Positions 51,586-63,296 of a stretch of 64,000 nt of DNA are shown piece by piece. The DNA is from Octopus sinensis. Taxonomy: Eukaryota. The DNA lies in the NCBI RefSeq assembly GCF_006345805.1, contig NC_043020.1:682001-746000 (forward strand), written 5' to 3'. Each line of letters starts with the position of its first letter. Position 1 is the first letter of the stretch. The notes under the pieces were generated by a model. The model made no database searches. It saw only the letters and a program-made list of their open reading frames with translations, and was not told the DNA's origin. A program made the position numbers and the translations under genes.

Positions 51586-52162
51586 AATGATGATGATGAT
51601 GATGATGAAGCAGGAACGGCATTGAATAGAATAAAAAAAGCCTTCTGGTGCAACATGTTTACACTTCGCATCATCAGTCCGGCTTCTCTGCCAGCCTGCT
51701 TTTGCTTTTATAGTGACGAAAATCTCCTAAGCATTTTGTCAGACATTGTATCAAGCACCACTGAGGCTGTTTGAACACGCTGATCAATGGACACAGTCGT
51801 ATTGATCGTATTGTCTGTCCAGTGCGGTCGTTGTTTGTAGCAGTCTTTAATATTTTCCCCTCCTCTACTCTGTCATTCGGATTTAGCATGAATTTAAATG
51901 TGTGTGTGTGTGTGGGTGTACTTGATTTAGAAAAATGCTGACTGCAGCCAATATTTTACTGAAGTATATTAATTATTCTCCTGAATTGTATCAAGTTGTC
52001 AACATAATTCATAGTCTGCTTTGTTCCCAATAAGCAACACTAAACTGATATATATTATATATATATATGTATATATATATAAATTATAGATACACATACA
52101 TATTGTTAGTTGTGTATGTATATGCATGTATATATATATATATATATATAATATATATATAT

Positions 52163-52218
<56 letters not shown>

Positions 52219-52268
52219 ATACATATATATGTATATAAATTATAGATACATACATATTGTTAACTGTA

Positions 52269-52316
<48 letters not shown>

Positions 52317-52469
52317 GCATATGTAAGTGTGTGTGTATATATATATACACACGCACACGTTTTATATATATATATATATATACACATACATACAGGTTAC
52401 ACACACACATATATATACATACAAGTTATTTATATATATATATATCTTTATATATACATATATACATAT

Positions 52470-52500
<31 letters not shown>

Positions 52501-52607
52501 CACACATACATGTATATATATATACATACATACACATGCATACACACACACACACACACATACACACATACAAGTTATTCACATATCTATATATCTCTAT
52601 CTCGCAG

Positions 52608-52762
52608 CAGACTTGCAGAAGTTTTGTCAAAGTTGCTTCTTCCGAAAATATGAACTTGGAAGACTTCCTAAACTATTATCCTCTTCTATTTCCGAGTCTT
52701 TTATCAATTATCTTTACTTAGCAAACAATGAACTTCCATCTTCCGGATGTGAAGAATTATAA
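52608..52762 (+). CDS. Speculative phase-1 terminal exon, or part of a Penelope-like LTR remnant
   Basis: CTCTATCTCGCAG| followed by an open frame (A)DLQKFCQSCFFRKYELGRLPKLLSSSISESFINYLYLANNELPSSGCEEL*. No homology recognised. Confidence 0.15.
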
Positions 52763-52838
52763 TTCTGGTGAAAATCACGAAACGTAGGAACGACTACAAG
52801 TGATTGAGAAATCTAACGATAGTGAAGACGTGTTTGTT

Positions 52839-52871
<33 letters not shown>

Positions 52872-53177
52872 AAGGAGTTAGTCTTATTTAATGGAAGAGG
52901 GCTTATATGAAGAGAGAAAATGCTTATCAATTAAAAAATAGTAATATTAATGATAATGTTGAATTAGGTGAAGAGATTTTTTTTAAGAAGAATATACAGG
53001 CAGGGAAATTAAACTGGGTATTTACAAGGGAAGAGATTTAACTGTTGTTATTTTTTGTTGTTTTAGCTCATGTACATGTTCATTCCATGAATTCTTTGGT
53101 CAAGTAGACTTGTGAACAATGACATTACAACCATGATCATCCACACTCACTCTCTCTCTCTCTCTCTTTATTATTAT

Positions 53178-53545
53178 CCAGTAGTTTTATTTTTATAGCG
53201 TGCTTTCACTTCACTACCGAGCGCAGCTCTGTGTGCCTTGGGTATGTGCTGTGATTTGTTGTGATGCTCTGATGGTTACTGTATTGAAAGTGTTTTGCGT
53301 AGGATGTGTGCAGTGCTCAGTAGTGCAATTTTCTGTATGTTCTATGTGTTTGTAAGGCCTGGTGTTTTTGTTATGTATTTGTCTGAATATTTTTTTATCA
53401 TACCTAATGCACCTACTATGATAGGAATTGTTTCTGTTTTTAGATTCCTCATTCTGGTTACCTCCATTTCCAGGTCTTTGTATTTTGAAAGTTTCTCCAT
53501 TTCTTTTAGAGACATGTTGTCATCTGCTGGTATTGATACATCAAT
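53178..53545 (-). mobile_element. Second 5'-truncated R4/Dong-like retrotransposon family in (TAA)n
   Basis: IDVSIPADDNMSLKEMEKLSKYKDLEMEVTRMRNLKTETIPIIVGALGMIKKYSDKYITKTPGLTNT*NIQKIALLSTAHILRKTLSIQ* (53276-53545, one premature stop). Flanked by (TTA)n at 53168-53177 and 53546-53573. Confidence 0.85.
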
Positions 53546-53574
53546 TTATTATTATTATTATTATTATTATTATG

Positions 53575-53960
53575 CTAGTGGTGCGCTAAGAGCACCATCC
53601 GAGCATGATCGTTGCCAGACTAGCTAACTGTCTTCTGTGCTGGTGGCATGTTAAAGGCATCATTTGAGTGTGACCTTTACCAGCATCGCCTTACTGGCAC
53701 TTGTGCTGGTGGCACATGAAAAAACATTCGAGCAAGGTCGTTGCCAGTACCGCCTGACTGGCCCCCATGTCGGTGGCACGTAAAAGCACACACTACACTC
53801 TTGGAGTGGTTGGCGTTCGGAAGGGCATCCAGCTGTAGAAACTCTGCCAGATCAAGATTGGAGCCTGGTGCAGCCATCTGGTTCGCCAGTCTTCAGTCAA
53901 ATCGTCCAACCCATGCCAGCAAGGAAAGCGGATGTTTAACGATGATGATGATGATTATGA
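53575..53960 (+). mobile_element. SINE-like family D with internal units
   Basis: Four degenerate units, then GGAAGGGCATCCAGCTGTAGAAAC...(GAT)n. Confidence 0.88.
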
Positions 53961-53997
53961 TTATTACTATTATTATTATTATTATTTTGCAAACTAT

Positions 53998-54185
53998 TCT
54001 TTTATTCGTTTCAGTCATTTTGACTTTGGCCATGCTGGAGCACCGCCTTTAGTCGAGCAAATCTACCGCAGGACTTATACTTTGTAAGCCTAGTACTTAT
54101 TCTATCAGTCTCTTATGCCAAACCACTAAGTTACGGGTACGTAAACACACCAGCATCAATGTCAAGCTATGTTGGGGGGTCACAC

Positions 54186-54220
<35 letters not shown>

Positions 54221-54384
54221 TGACGGGCTTCTTTCAGTTTCCATCAACCAAATCCACTCACAAGGCTTTGGTCGGCCCAAGGCTATAGTAGAAGACACTT
54301 GCCCAAAGTACCATGCAGTGGGACTGAACCCGGAACCATGTGGTTGGTTAGCAAGCTACTTACCACCCAGCCACTCCTGCGCCT
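53998..54384 (-). mobile_element. SINE A, full length
   Basis: Colinear reverse complement of the family A consensus. Confidence 0.92.
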
Positions 54385-54872
54385 ATTCAACAAAGTCTGT
54401 TATCTAGTTTTACTTTTTATTTTAAGATGGTAGATTTGAATGTGATTTTGCTGCTATTTTTAGCAAATCAACCAACCATGGGTGAGTGAAAGATTATGAA
54501 TTCTACTCATCTTGTTTCACCACCACCTACATACACTATTCACTGTGTGTAGATGAGCCAGGGAAGGAGCCTCTACAGGGTTGCTGGACTTGCTGAATCT
54601 AGCTGCTAAATCTCCTTCAAGCTACACCAAACCTCTTAGAAAAGGTCACACATTGGACAACTGTGCCCCTGGGTTACCTGGGAAAAATATGAGATGGTCA
54701 TGGCTGGCATGCCTTCTATTGTAGGTCTGCTCTGTCAGATCTGACCTGGGTGTGAACAGCAACAACAGCAACTGCATGTTGGGACTATAAATATGGATAT
54801 TAGGAAAGTTATTGTTGTAGTTTGACCCCCAGGTCAACCATAACCAGTTAGGTCTTTCATCAAAAGTCCTTG

Positions 54873-55175
54873 TGGAAGCACATGGCCTAGTGGCTAGAGC
54901 AGCAGACTCGCAGTCGAGGGATCGCAGGTTTGAATCTTAGAGCGGGCGATGTGTGTGCTTATGAGCGAAACACCTAAGCGAAACACGGCTCCGGCGGAAG
55001 GTAATGGCAAACTTCTGCTGACTCTTTTGCCACAACTTTCTCTCACTCTTTCCTCCTGCATATTGCAGCTCACCTGCGATGGACTGACGTTCCGTCCAGG
55101 TGGGGAACCTATACGCCAAGGTAACCGCGAAACCAGGCATTATGAGCCAGGCATGGCTCGAGAAGGAACAAACAA
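54873..55175 (+). mobile_element. SINE B-related, tail variant 4
   Basis: TGGAAGCACATGGCCTAGTGG...CCTGCGATGGACTGACGTTCCGTCCAGGTGGGGAACC...GGCTCGAGAAGGAACAAAC. Confidence 0.88.
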
Positions 55176-55234
55176 AAGACCTTCATCTATGTTCATTCAG
55201 AATAAACATTGGTGACCCATACTTAGGACTACAT

Positions 55235-55590
55235 CATCATCATCGTTTAGCATCCGCTTTCCATGCTAGCATAGGTTGAACGGTTCAACTGGGGTCTGGG
55301 AAGCCAGAAGGCTGCACCAGGCCCAGTCTGATCTGGCAATGTTTCTACAGCTGGATGCCCGTCCTAACGCCAATCACTCCGTGAGTGTAGTGTGTGCTTT
55401 TTATGTGCCACCGGCACAGGTTCCAGACGAGGCTGGCAAACAGCCATGATCAGATGGTGCTTTTTACGTGCCACCGGCACGAGGGCAAGGCGAAGCTGGC
55501 AACGGCCACGATCGGATGGTGCTTTTTACGTTCCACCAGCACGAGGCCAGTCGGGGCGGCGCTGGCAACGGCCACGCTCAGATGGTTCAT
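55235..55590 (-). mobile_element. SINE-like family D
   Basis: (CAT)n, D core, three GTGCTTTTTACGTGCCACC units. Confidence 0.88.
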
Positions 55591-56629
55591 AATTCTATAA
55601 TCTCCTTCTCTTTTTAAGATAGCATGGTATAGTATAATTTGAGAGATATAAGACTGTTATTTCTTGCTGATTGACTGACCACATCAAGGCCCCCGTTTTT
55701 GGTTTTGAATTAAGTCAGTGTTCCGGAAGGGTCAATTGAGAAAGTTTTAAGATGAGATCAAATCAATGATGGTAGTTTTCCTAGCTACATTGATGACTAT
55801 GTTTATGTTCTCAACTAATATCTTCGTGCTCATTCCGTTATCTCTCGATAAATTGCTTCACCTGCAATTCAAATCTTTATTGCTTCTTCCCAAATTTTGT
55901 TATTGTTATTGTGCAAAGAGATGTAATATTACTTGGTTATATGCTAAAGCTGCCTTACCGGTCTGTTTCCCCGCATAAATATAAACCACTGCGAATAAAA
56001 TCGAGTCTATGAGAACTGCATAATTCTTACCCTTCTGCTTTGATGTAATAATAGACTTGAAACAAAAAGTCAATAAAATAAGAATAGCTTCATATTTGTT
56101 TTTATTTGTTTTTATTTCTTGTTTTTATTTTACTCTTTTTTTTTTTACCAAGTGAGAGAGAAACTTTGTGGAAAGTGTTGAGATTGGTTGTTACTAATAG
56201 CATTAAAATGTGATATTTTAAAGCTACACAGAAAGTTCAGACCCCAACAGTATTTCATTCGCCTCTCTCTTCCTCTCCTTCACTCTATGATGACCATCTT
56301 TACCTAATACCAATAATTCGAACTTGCTGCATAACTGTTCCAGCAGAATACTAGCGGATACTATTACCATTATGAACATTCTTCAACTGATCTTTTATTG
56401 ACCTCTTCTGATCTGCAGTCCTGTAACAACTCAACCCCCAGGTTTAAATACATGTATGTCGTAATCTGACCTGATACTAGGTTCTTTTTCTTGTGTGTTA
56501 TTCTTTTATTCTGGAATACAGATGTGTGTCTGTGTATGATAGATATAAATATAGACATAAAATTCACTCTTCTTCTGTGTGTGTGTGTGTTGTATATATA
56601 TATATATATATATATATATGCGTGTGTGT

Positions 56630-56909
56630 GGAGGCGCAATGGCCCAGTGGTTAGGGCAGCGGACTTGCGGTCGTAGGATCGCGGTTTCGATTCCCAGACT
56701 GGGCGTTGTGAGTGTTTATTGAGCAAAAACACCTAAAAGCTCCATGAGGCTCCAACAGGGGGTGGTGATCCCTGCTGTACTCTTTCAATACTCTTTCTTC
56801 TGTTGGCCTGCTTACTTAGCCAGCAAGTGGCATCATTTGAAGGCTAAAACAGTGTGATCGCATTGTGACCAGCGATGTGTAACAACATCTGATGGTCTGG
56901 TCGGTCACG
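56630..56909 (+). mobile_element. SINE B, tail variant 2, in a (TA)/(GT) microsatellite
   Basis: Full tRNA-like head plus the variant-2 tail. Confidence 0.9.
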
Positions 56910-56975
<66 letters not shown>

Positions 56976-57939
56976 ATATATGTATATAGATTCAGATGAA
57001 TATGGTACTTAAGTTGAGGGACCAGAATTTAGTATGGTATTATCTATACAATTTCGAAATAAGGTGATTAAAATCAAAATAAGAAACAAGGATATCCAGA
57101 GGTAATGCAGTACGATTGTTTCACGCAACTCCATTTAATTGAACAATGCAATCATTAGCTTCTAAGCTGAAGGGAAGGCAACATGTTCTTTGTCTGTCTC
57201 CTTAACTTCTTGGAGATTTTTACTTAACTGGTACTTTATTTTTTCGACCCTGGAAAGCAAAGTTGATCTCAGTTGGATTTGAACCCAGAGTGTAAAGAGT
57301 TAAAAAAAATACCACAAAGCATTTTTTTCCAACAGCAATGATTCTGTCAGCTCACCATTTTCACAGCAACGATAACAAGAACAACAACTAGAGTAACAAT
57401 ATTGTAATCGTTTTCATGAAAAATATAGGGAATATTAAATGGTGTTGATATTTGTGTTGTAGTTATTTTATCATAGTGGCATTCAAAACAGAAGTGTGTG
57501 ATATCCAACTGGATATTATAACATATCTTTGACTGCATAGTATCATTTGCAACATCTCAATGTTATTTGATAATAAATAGCACTAACATTGACAGCAATA
57601 CAAAATGCTCGGGGTTAGAAAAAGACAGGTTGAACATTTGCAGTGTGCGAATTTAAAAAAAAATTGTAGTTTAATTTGCGTCTGGTATGATTAATTTTTT
57701 TTTTGGGGGGGGGCACATGGTAGTGGGTTTTTTTTTTTTTTTGAAAAAAAAAGTGAAAAATGCTCAGTCATCTTTTATCTTTGTTTAGTGGTGACAAAAG
57801 TGGGGGTGGTGAAGGTTTCCCCCCCCCACTGTATTTCTGAGAAAATGACAGAATGAATAGGCTTATGTAAGAGGCATGACAAATTTTGTTTGTGTCACGT
57901 GAAGATTCGCTTGCACATGAGTTGAGTATGAACTTTCAG

Positions 57940-58073
57940 GTCGATTGACTGTGTACAATGGTAATTTGTACCGTGATAATTTGTACCGTGATAATTTGGG
58001 ACAATTGTTAAGAGCAAATGAACTGGAATCGTGGAGTGAACAGAGAAAAGCATCGGCCCATGGGCAAATGTGA
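57940..58073 (+). CDS. Speculative phase-1 terminal exon
   Basis: AACTTTCAG| followed by (G)RLTVYNGNLYRDNLYRDNLGQLLRANELESWSEQRKASAHGQM*. Contains a frame-preserving 15-nt tandem duplication. No homology recognised. Confidence 0.2.
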
Positions 58074-58282
58074 CATAACAAGGACATGTAGTGTAATTGG
58101 ACAACAAATGGTTGGTGAAAAAGTATCTGGAAGTTGTTTAACTCCGGGTCATAGCCTGATCAAGTATATCCTGTTTAATGACATCACAGCTTAGTTTTTT
58201 TTTTCTTTTCTTATTTATTTGAGTAATCATTAATTTTTTAAGAAGGTAGTGTGTGTGGTATGAGAGAGATTCAGTTGTTCAT

Positions 58283-58667
58283 GGAGGCGCAATGGTCCAG
58301 TGGTTAGGGCAGCAGACTCGCCGTCATAGGATCGCAGTTTCGATTCCCAGACCGGGCGTTGTGAGTGTTTATTGAGCGAAAACACCTAAAAAGCTCCACG
58401 AGGCTCCGGCAGGGGATGGTGGTGATCCCTGCTGTACTCTTTCACCACAACTTTCTCTCACTCTTACTTCCTGTTTCTGTTGTACCTGTATTTCAAAGGG
58501 CCGGCCTTGTCACTCTCTGTGTCATGCTGAATATCCCCGAGAACTACGTTAAGGGTGCACGTGTCTGCAGAGTGCTCAGCCACTTACACGTTAATTTCAC
58601 GAGCAGGCTGTTCCGTTGATTCGGATCAACCGGAACCCTCGTCGTCGTAACCGACGGAGTGCTTCCA
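58283..58667 (+). mobile_element. SINE B, tail variant 3, with 12-13-bp TSD
   Basis: TSD GATTCAGTTGTT at 58268-58279 and 58668-58679. Confidence 0.93.
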
Positions 58668-59099
58668 GATTCAGTTGTTATATCATAGCAGCTCAAGTAA
58701 CCTTGTACAGGTTCTCCTGTACACTCGACTAATGGTGGTAGATGTGGAGGAACAGATTTGGGGGATTAAGTGATAAGAAGAGATTTCCATAATGTTTTAT
58801 TCAAGATTACAATGCTATAGATTTTAAACATGTTCACTCAGTTACAAAACCAAGAGAACAAGATACTCTCTTACAAGAGCCAGCTCTTCCTTTGAATCAA
58901 CCTGTCTCATACTAGCTTCACCCACATCTTCTTGATGCACCCATATCTCCCCTGTCACAGTCTCTACACAAACCCCTTTGTCCAATCATTTCTCCTTCAT
59001 ATCATTAACACTCTGGAATTCCCCGATTTTCTTGCAGACATTGACTTCCAGTCACAATTAAGCATAAACTGTGTTGTTCTCCTGGTTGGGTTGTAAACA

Positions 59100-59560
59100 T
59101 TGGCCCTTCGATCTTAAATCATCAATTGTATCTCTCTCCCTAATTCTAGGGCACACTGCCCTTAAACCTGAAACCAATCAACTGTATCTCTCTTCCCAAC
59201 CCCAGGATCCACAGTTTGATCATGGTGTGATCCCTGTCCTGAAACTTTAAAGCATCTCTATCCCTCTCCTTAGTGCCAGGGGGTCACTACCAGGAATATA
59301 GACACTACCTTTAAACCTTAAACCAAGTAACTGTATCTCTCTTCCCAACCCCAGGATCCAGAGCTTGATCACAGTATGATCACTGCCATGAGACCTTAAA
59401 ACATCTGCTGTATCACTCTCCTCAGTGCCAGAGGGGCATTACCAGGGGGTATGGACACAATCTTAGAGCTGCTACCAGGGATATGGTCACTGCTTGTAAA
59501 CCAAAATCCATCAGTTGTATCACTCTTCCCAGCCTTAGGGGCCACTATGAAGTGTCTGTT
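59100..59560. repeat. Degenerate ~149-bp tandem repeat
   Basis: ACTGTATCTCTCTTCCCAACCCCAGGATCC starts at 59181 and 59330, with weaker partial units on both sides. Confidence 0.75.
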
Positions 59561-59682
59561 TCATGCTTTTTCCTCTAAGATAAACCATGATAATACTAGG
59601 GACTCATTGTATTTGAACACATGCCATAGGTTAAAAAAAAAAAGACAGATGCAGCCCTTTTGTGTGTCTTTATTATATCTTA

Positions 59683-60083
59683 TCTTGTTTCAGGCATTAG
59701 ACTGTGACCATGCTGGGGCACCACTTTGAAATATCTTAGTCAAATGAATTGAGCCCAGTAGTGTGTGTATGTGTGTGTGTGTGTGTGTGTCTTTTTATTT
59801 TTTTACAACTGGGACTTATTGTTTCAGTCTCTTTTGCTGAACCACTAAGTTACAGGGATACAAACACACCAACACCGGTTGTCAAGTGTTGGTGGCGGAC
59901 AGACACTCACACATATACCCAATGGGGTTCTTTTAGTTTCTGTCTACCAAATCCACTTACAAGGCTTTGGTCAGCTCGAGGCTATAGCAAAAGGCATTTG
60001 CCCAAGGTGCTATGCAATGGGGTTGAACCCAGTATCGCGTGGTTGGGGAGCAAATTGCTTGCCACACAGCCACGCCTGCACCT
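59683..60083 (-). mobile_element. SINE A, diverged
   Basis: Colinear with family A. Confidence 0.85.
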
Positions 60084-60203
60084 TATGTCTGTTGTCGGAA
60101 AGAAATATTCCATAAGTAAGCATACTGTAAAGAGAGATAATAGAATAGCAACAAGAACAGGAACAATAAAATGAAGGCTCGCGACTGTACGTTTATATAT
60201 AAA

Positions 60204-60599
60204 CTAGCAGTATCGCCCGGCGTTGCTCGGGTTTGTAAGGGAAATAACTATATAAGCATTTTTAGAGATGTAAAGTATAATAGCCATCTCAATATGGTTA
60301 ACCACAAAGGGGGATGTTACTGTAGCTTTTTATGTTCTGAGATTTAATAATAAATTTTTAGAGAGTTACTTCCCTTATATATGCCAAAAATGCATTAAAA
60401 ATGGGGAAAAATTATGGTAAATTTTTTTTTAAATCGTAGACTCATCGTAGAAGCGCGCTAATACCCAGAAGGGCTCGATATGAATCACGACTATAAGATA
60501 CCCGCTTTTGGTTAAACTGCACCGCAAAATGTGGGAGTAGTTAGGAATCTAAATTGTAGGAGACAGACACTCACACAACTTCACTTTTATATATAAAGA
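60204..60599 (-). mobile_element. Non-autonomous Helitron (family H1) copy 2
   Basis: Same termini and hairpin as 42900-43412; A|T insertion site. Confidence 0.85.
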
Positions 60600-61116
60600 T
60601 GTATGTCTGTACATCTCTCAAAATGAACTTTAACTACTATCTGATGAGGGCAATTGTGTGTGTGTTTTGATCTTGTTCCACCACCATCACCACCACCACC
60701 ATCACCACCACCTTGATCAGTCGAAAGGTTTAGCTGTACTGTATTCCGCAAGACTCCTTGACAACTATTCTTCTTCCGTCGTTCAGTGGCACAGATCGCT
60801 ATCTCATCATTGAATCAGAATATACGGAATGAAATTATTTTAATTTCACATTGTCAGAATTTATTAGAAATCTAATAATGTTTATATTTATATATATGGG
60901 AAGTAACAAATTAGCCTAGAAATAATGTCGGATCAATATCTACTGGGATCTCAATGGCTTGTTTCATTACAGTATTTCCAACATTAAAGTCGCATTCCGT
61001 AATAAAATTTATGTTTTATTGTTCGTGAAAGCAAATCGACAATTTTATTATATGCGTGTGTGTGTATACATAGACATGTGTATGTACGAATGTGTGTGTG
61101 TGTGTGTGTTTATACA

Positions 61117-61153
<37 letters not shown>

Positions 61154-61155
61154 GT

Positions 61156-61360
61156 ATAAAGGCGGCGAGCTGGCAGAAACGTTAGCACGCCGGGCAAAAT
61201 GCGGTGTAGCTGCATTTCATCTGTTGCTATGTTCCGAGTTCAAATTCCGCCGAGGTCGACTTTGCCTTTCATCCTTTCAAGGTCGATAAATAAAGTACCA
61301 GTTACACACTGGGGTCAATGTAGTTGACTTAATCCCTTTGTCTGTCTTTGTTTGTCCCAG
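61156..61360 (+). mobile_element. SINE family C copy
   Basis: AAAGGCGGCGAGCTGGCAGAAACGTTAGCACGCCGGGC...GTCGACTTTGCCTTTCATCC. Confidence 0.9.
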
Positions 61361-62158
61361 TGCAAGGCACAATGAGCAGGTAACTTCTACCACAGCCTCA
61401 TGCTGACCAAGGATTCATGAGTGGATTTGGTAGACAGAAACTGAAAGAAGCTTGTCACACACACATATGTGTGTGTGTGTGTGTGGGTACATTCATGTCC
61501 CCATAACTAAGCAGTTTGGCTAAAGAGACTGACTTAATAAGTACCGGGCTTCTCAAAAAAAAACACACAAAAAAAAATGGCACTGGGTGGGGATCACTTA
61601 GTTCATCTAAAGTTCTTCAGGGCAAATGCTCCAGTATGGCTGCCATCTAATGACAGAAACAAATAAAAGAAATATATATATATATAAAGTGCATTGGCTT
61701 TATAAATGTGATATTATATATATGTTTGTGTGTATAAATAGATAGATATGCACCTGTATATATGTATACATGTGTGTATATGCTTGTGTGTATGTAATGT
61801 GTATACATGAATATATGCAGCTGTTTATTTGTATTGTTTTTATTCTTATATTAGTTTACAAGGACATGCATACACACACGCATGCATGCATGCACACTCT
61901 TGCCAAGCTTCTGCGCAGTTGCTACCAAATTCACGGAACTGGGTAGTCTTGGGCTGTATTGGAAGATGCTTGTTCAAAGTGTCACAGAGTGGCAGTATAT
62001 GTGTTTGTATGTGTGTGTGTGTGTGTATGTGGGTGCCTGTGTGTGTGTGTTTGTGTTTCTATTCATAGAGTTAATAAATATCTAGGTAGGAACTAAAATT
62101 AGCCATGAACTTACAATATGAAATTGTTCTCCTGCTAAGACATTTAAATAATAATAAC

Positions 62159-62192
<34 letters not shown>

Positions 62193-62909
62193 CGACCCCA
62201 GTGCTCAAATAAATACCAGTTGAACACTAAAGTCAATGTAATCGACTTAATTCCCCCAAAATTGCTGGCCTTGTACCAAGATTTGAAGCCATTAATATCA
62301 TCGTCTTCATTATTATTATTTTTATTATTTCTTGTACATGTCTTTAATAATAATAATGATACAAAAGAAAAGGAAGAAATCTAAAAGTACAATATTTCGG
62401 CAATCAAAGAAAATAGTTTGTACCAAAATTGGCTGTGAAAGGAGTTCAGGTTCTTCCCCTCCACCACAAGATGGAACAATCCATTTAGGTAAAGGGGAAA
62501 TATAATATTAAACCTACTGATAATGAAAAACATGAAGCTGCCACAGAATAGATAGATGAAAATTGAATTACAAAATTGACAGTTTGTGTTGGCTATCACT
62601 ATCATTATTGCTCTCCCTCCGAAATCTATCCATGTGTGCTATCCAATCTTAAACTCATCGGAATGGTCGTATTTCTCTTCAGATAATCAATTTCTTTCAG
62701 CTTTAACACTATTCTCTCTCAGCCTCTGTCTGTCTGTCTGTCTCTCTCTCTCGTTCCATCCTCCGACCCCCCTTGAACCACCCGGTATGCCATTAATTCT
62801 CATCTTTGATAGGGAAACTCTCTCTATAATTTCTTCTCCTTCTCACTTTTCTGTTGGGTCTTTCGTTTCTAATGTAGATTCTACTGTCTACCTTCTTCCA
62901 CTTATCATC

Positions 62910-63010
62910 CTCATTATTATTTTTACTATTATTATTATTATCATTATTATTATTAATATTATTATTAATATTATTACTATCATTATTATTATTATTATTA
63001 TTATTGTTAA

Positions 63011-63064
<54 letters not shown>

Positions 63065-63066
63065 CA
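62910..63066. repeat. (ATT)n microsatellite
   Basis: Interrupted ATT run; produces the poly-I / poly-N frames. Confidence 0.9.
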
Positions 63067-63261
63067 TAAGTGGTGGTGTTATTGCCAGCAATTTCATCAT
63101 TGTAAGCAGCAGAGCAATGAAGCTCACCGCCGTTCTTGTAAATTTATTCCATTATTCCATGCTTCCTGATGGTGTACCTTCATAGCTACTTTCTCTCTCC
63201 ATCACTCTCTATCTCTCTCTCTCTCTCTATCCATCTATCTATCCATCTACCTATCTCTCTC

Positions 63262-63296
<35 letters not shown>

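Noticed and set aside
52735-52800. Second hammerhead candidate (GTGAAGA / CTGGTGA ... GAAACGTAGGA)
   Set aside because: Neither candidate core matches CUGANGA with a compatible stem I and stem II. At best it is a heavily decayed relic.
56630-56710. tRNA-Arg-like gene (also at 8896, 35660, 58283)
   Set aside because: A and B boxes are present but the acceptor stem does not close, and each continues into a SINE body, some with TSDs.
58850-59075. Possible Jockey/CR1-like LINE 3' remnant (FSFISLTLWNSP)
   Set aside because: Only a short WNS-like motif with disruptions; too weak to annotate.
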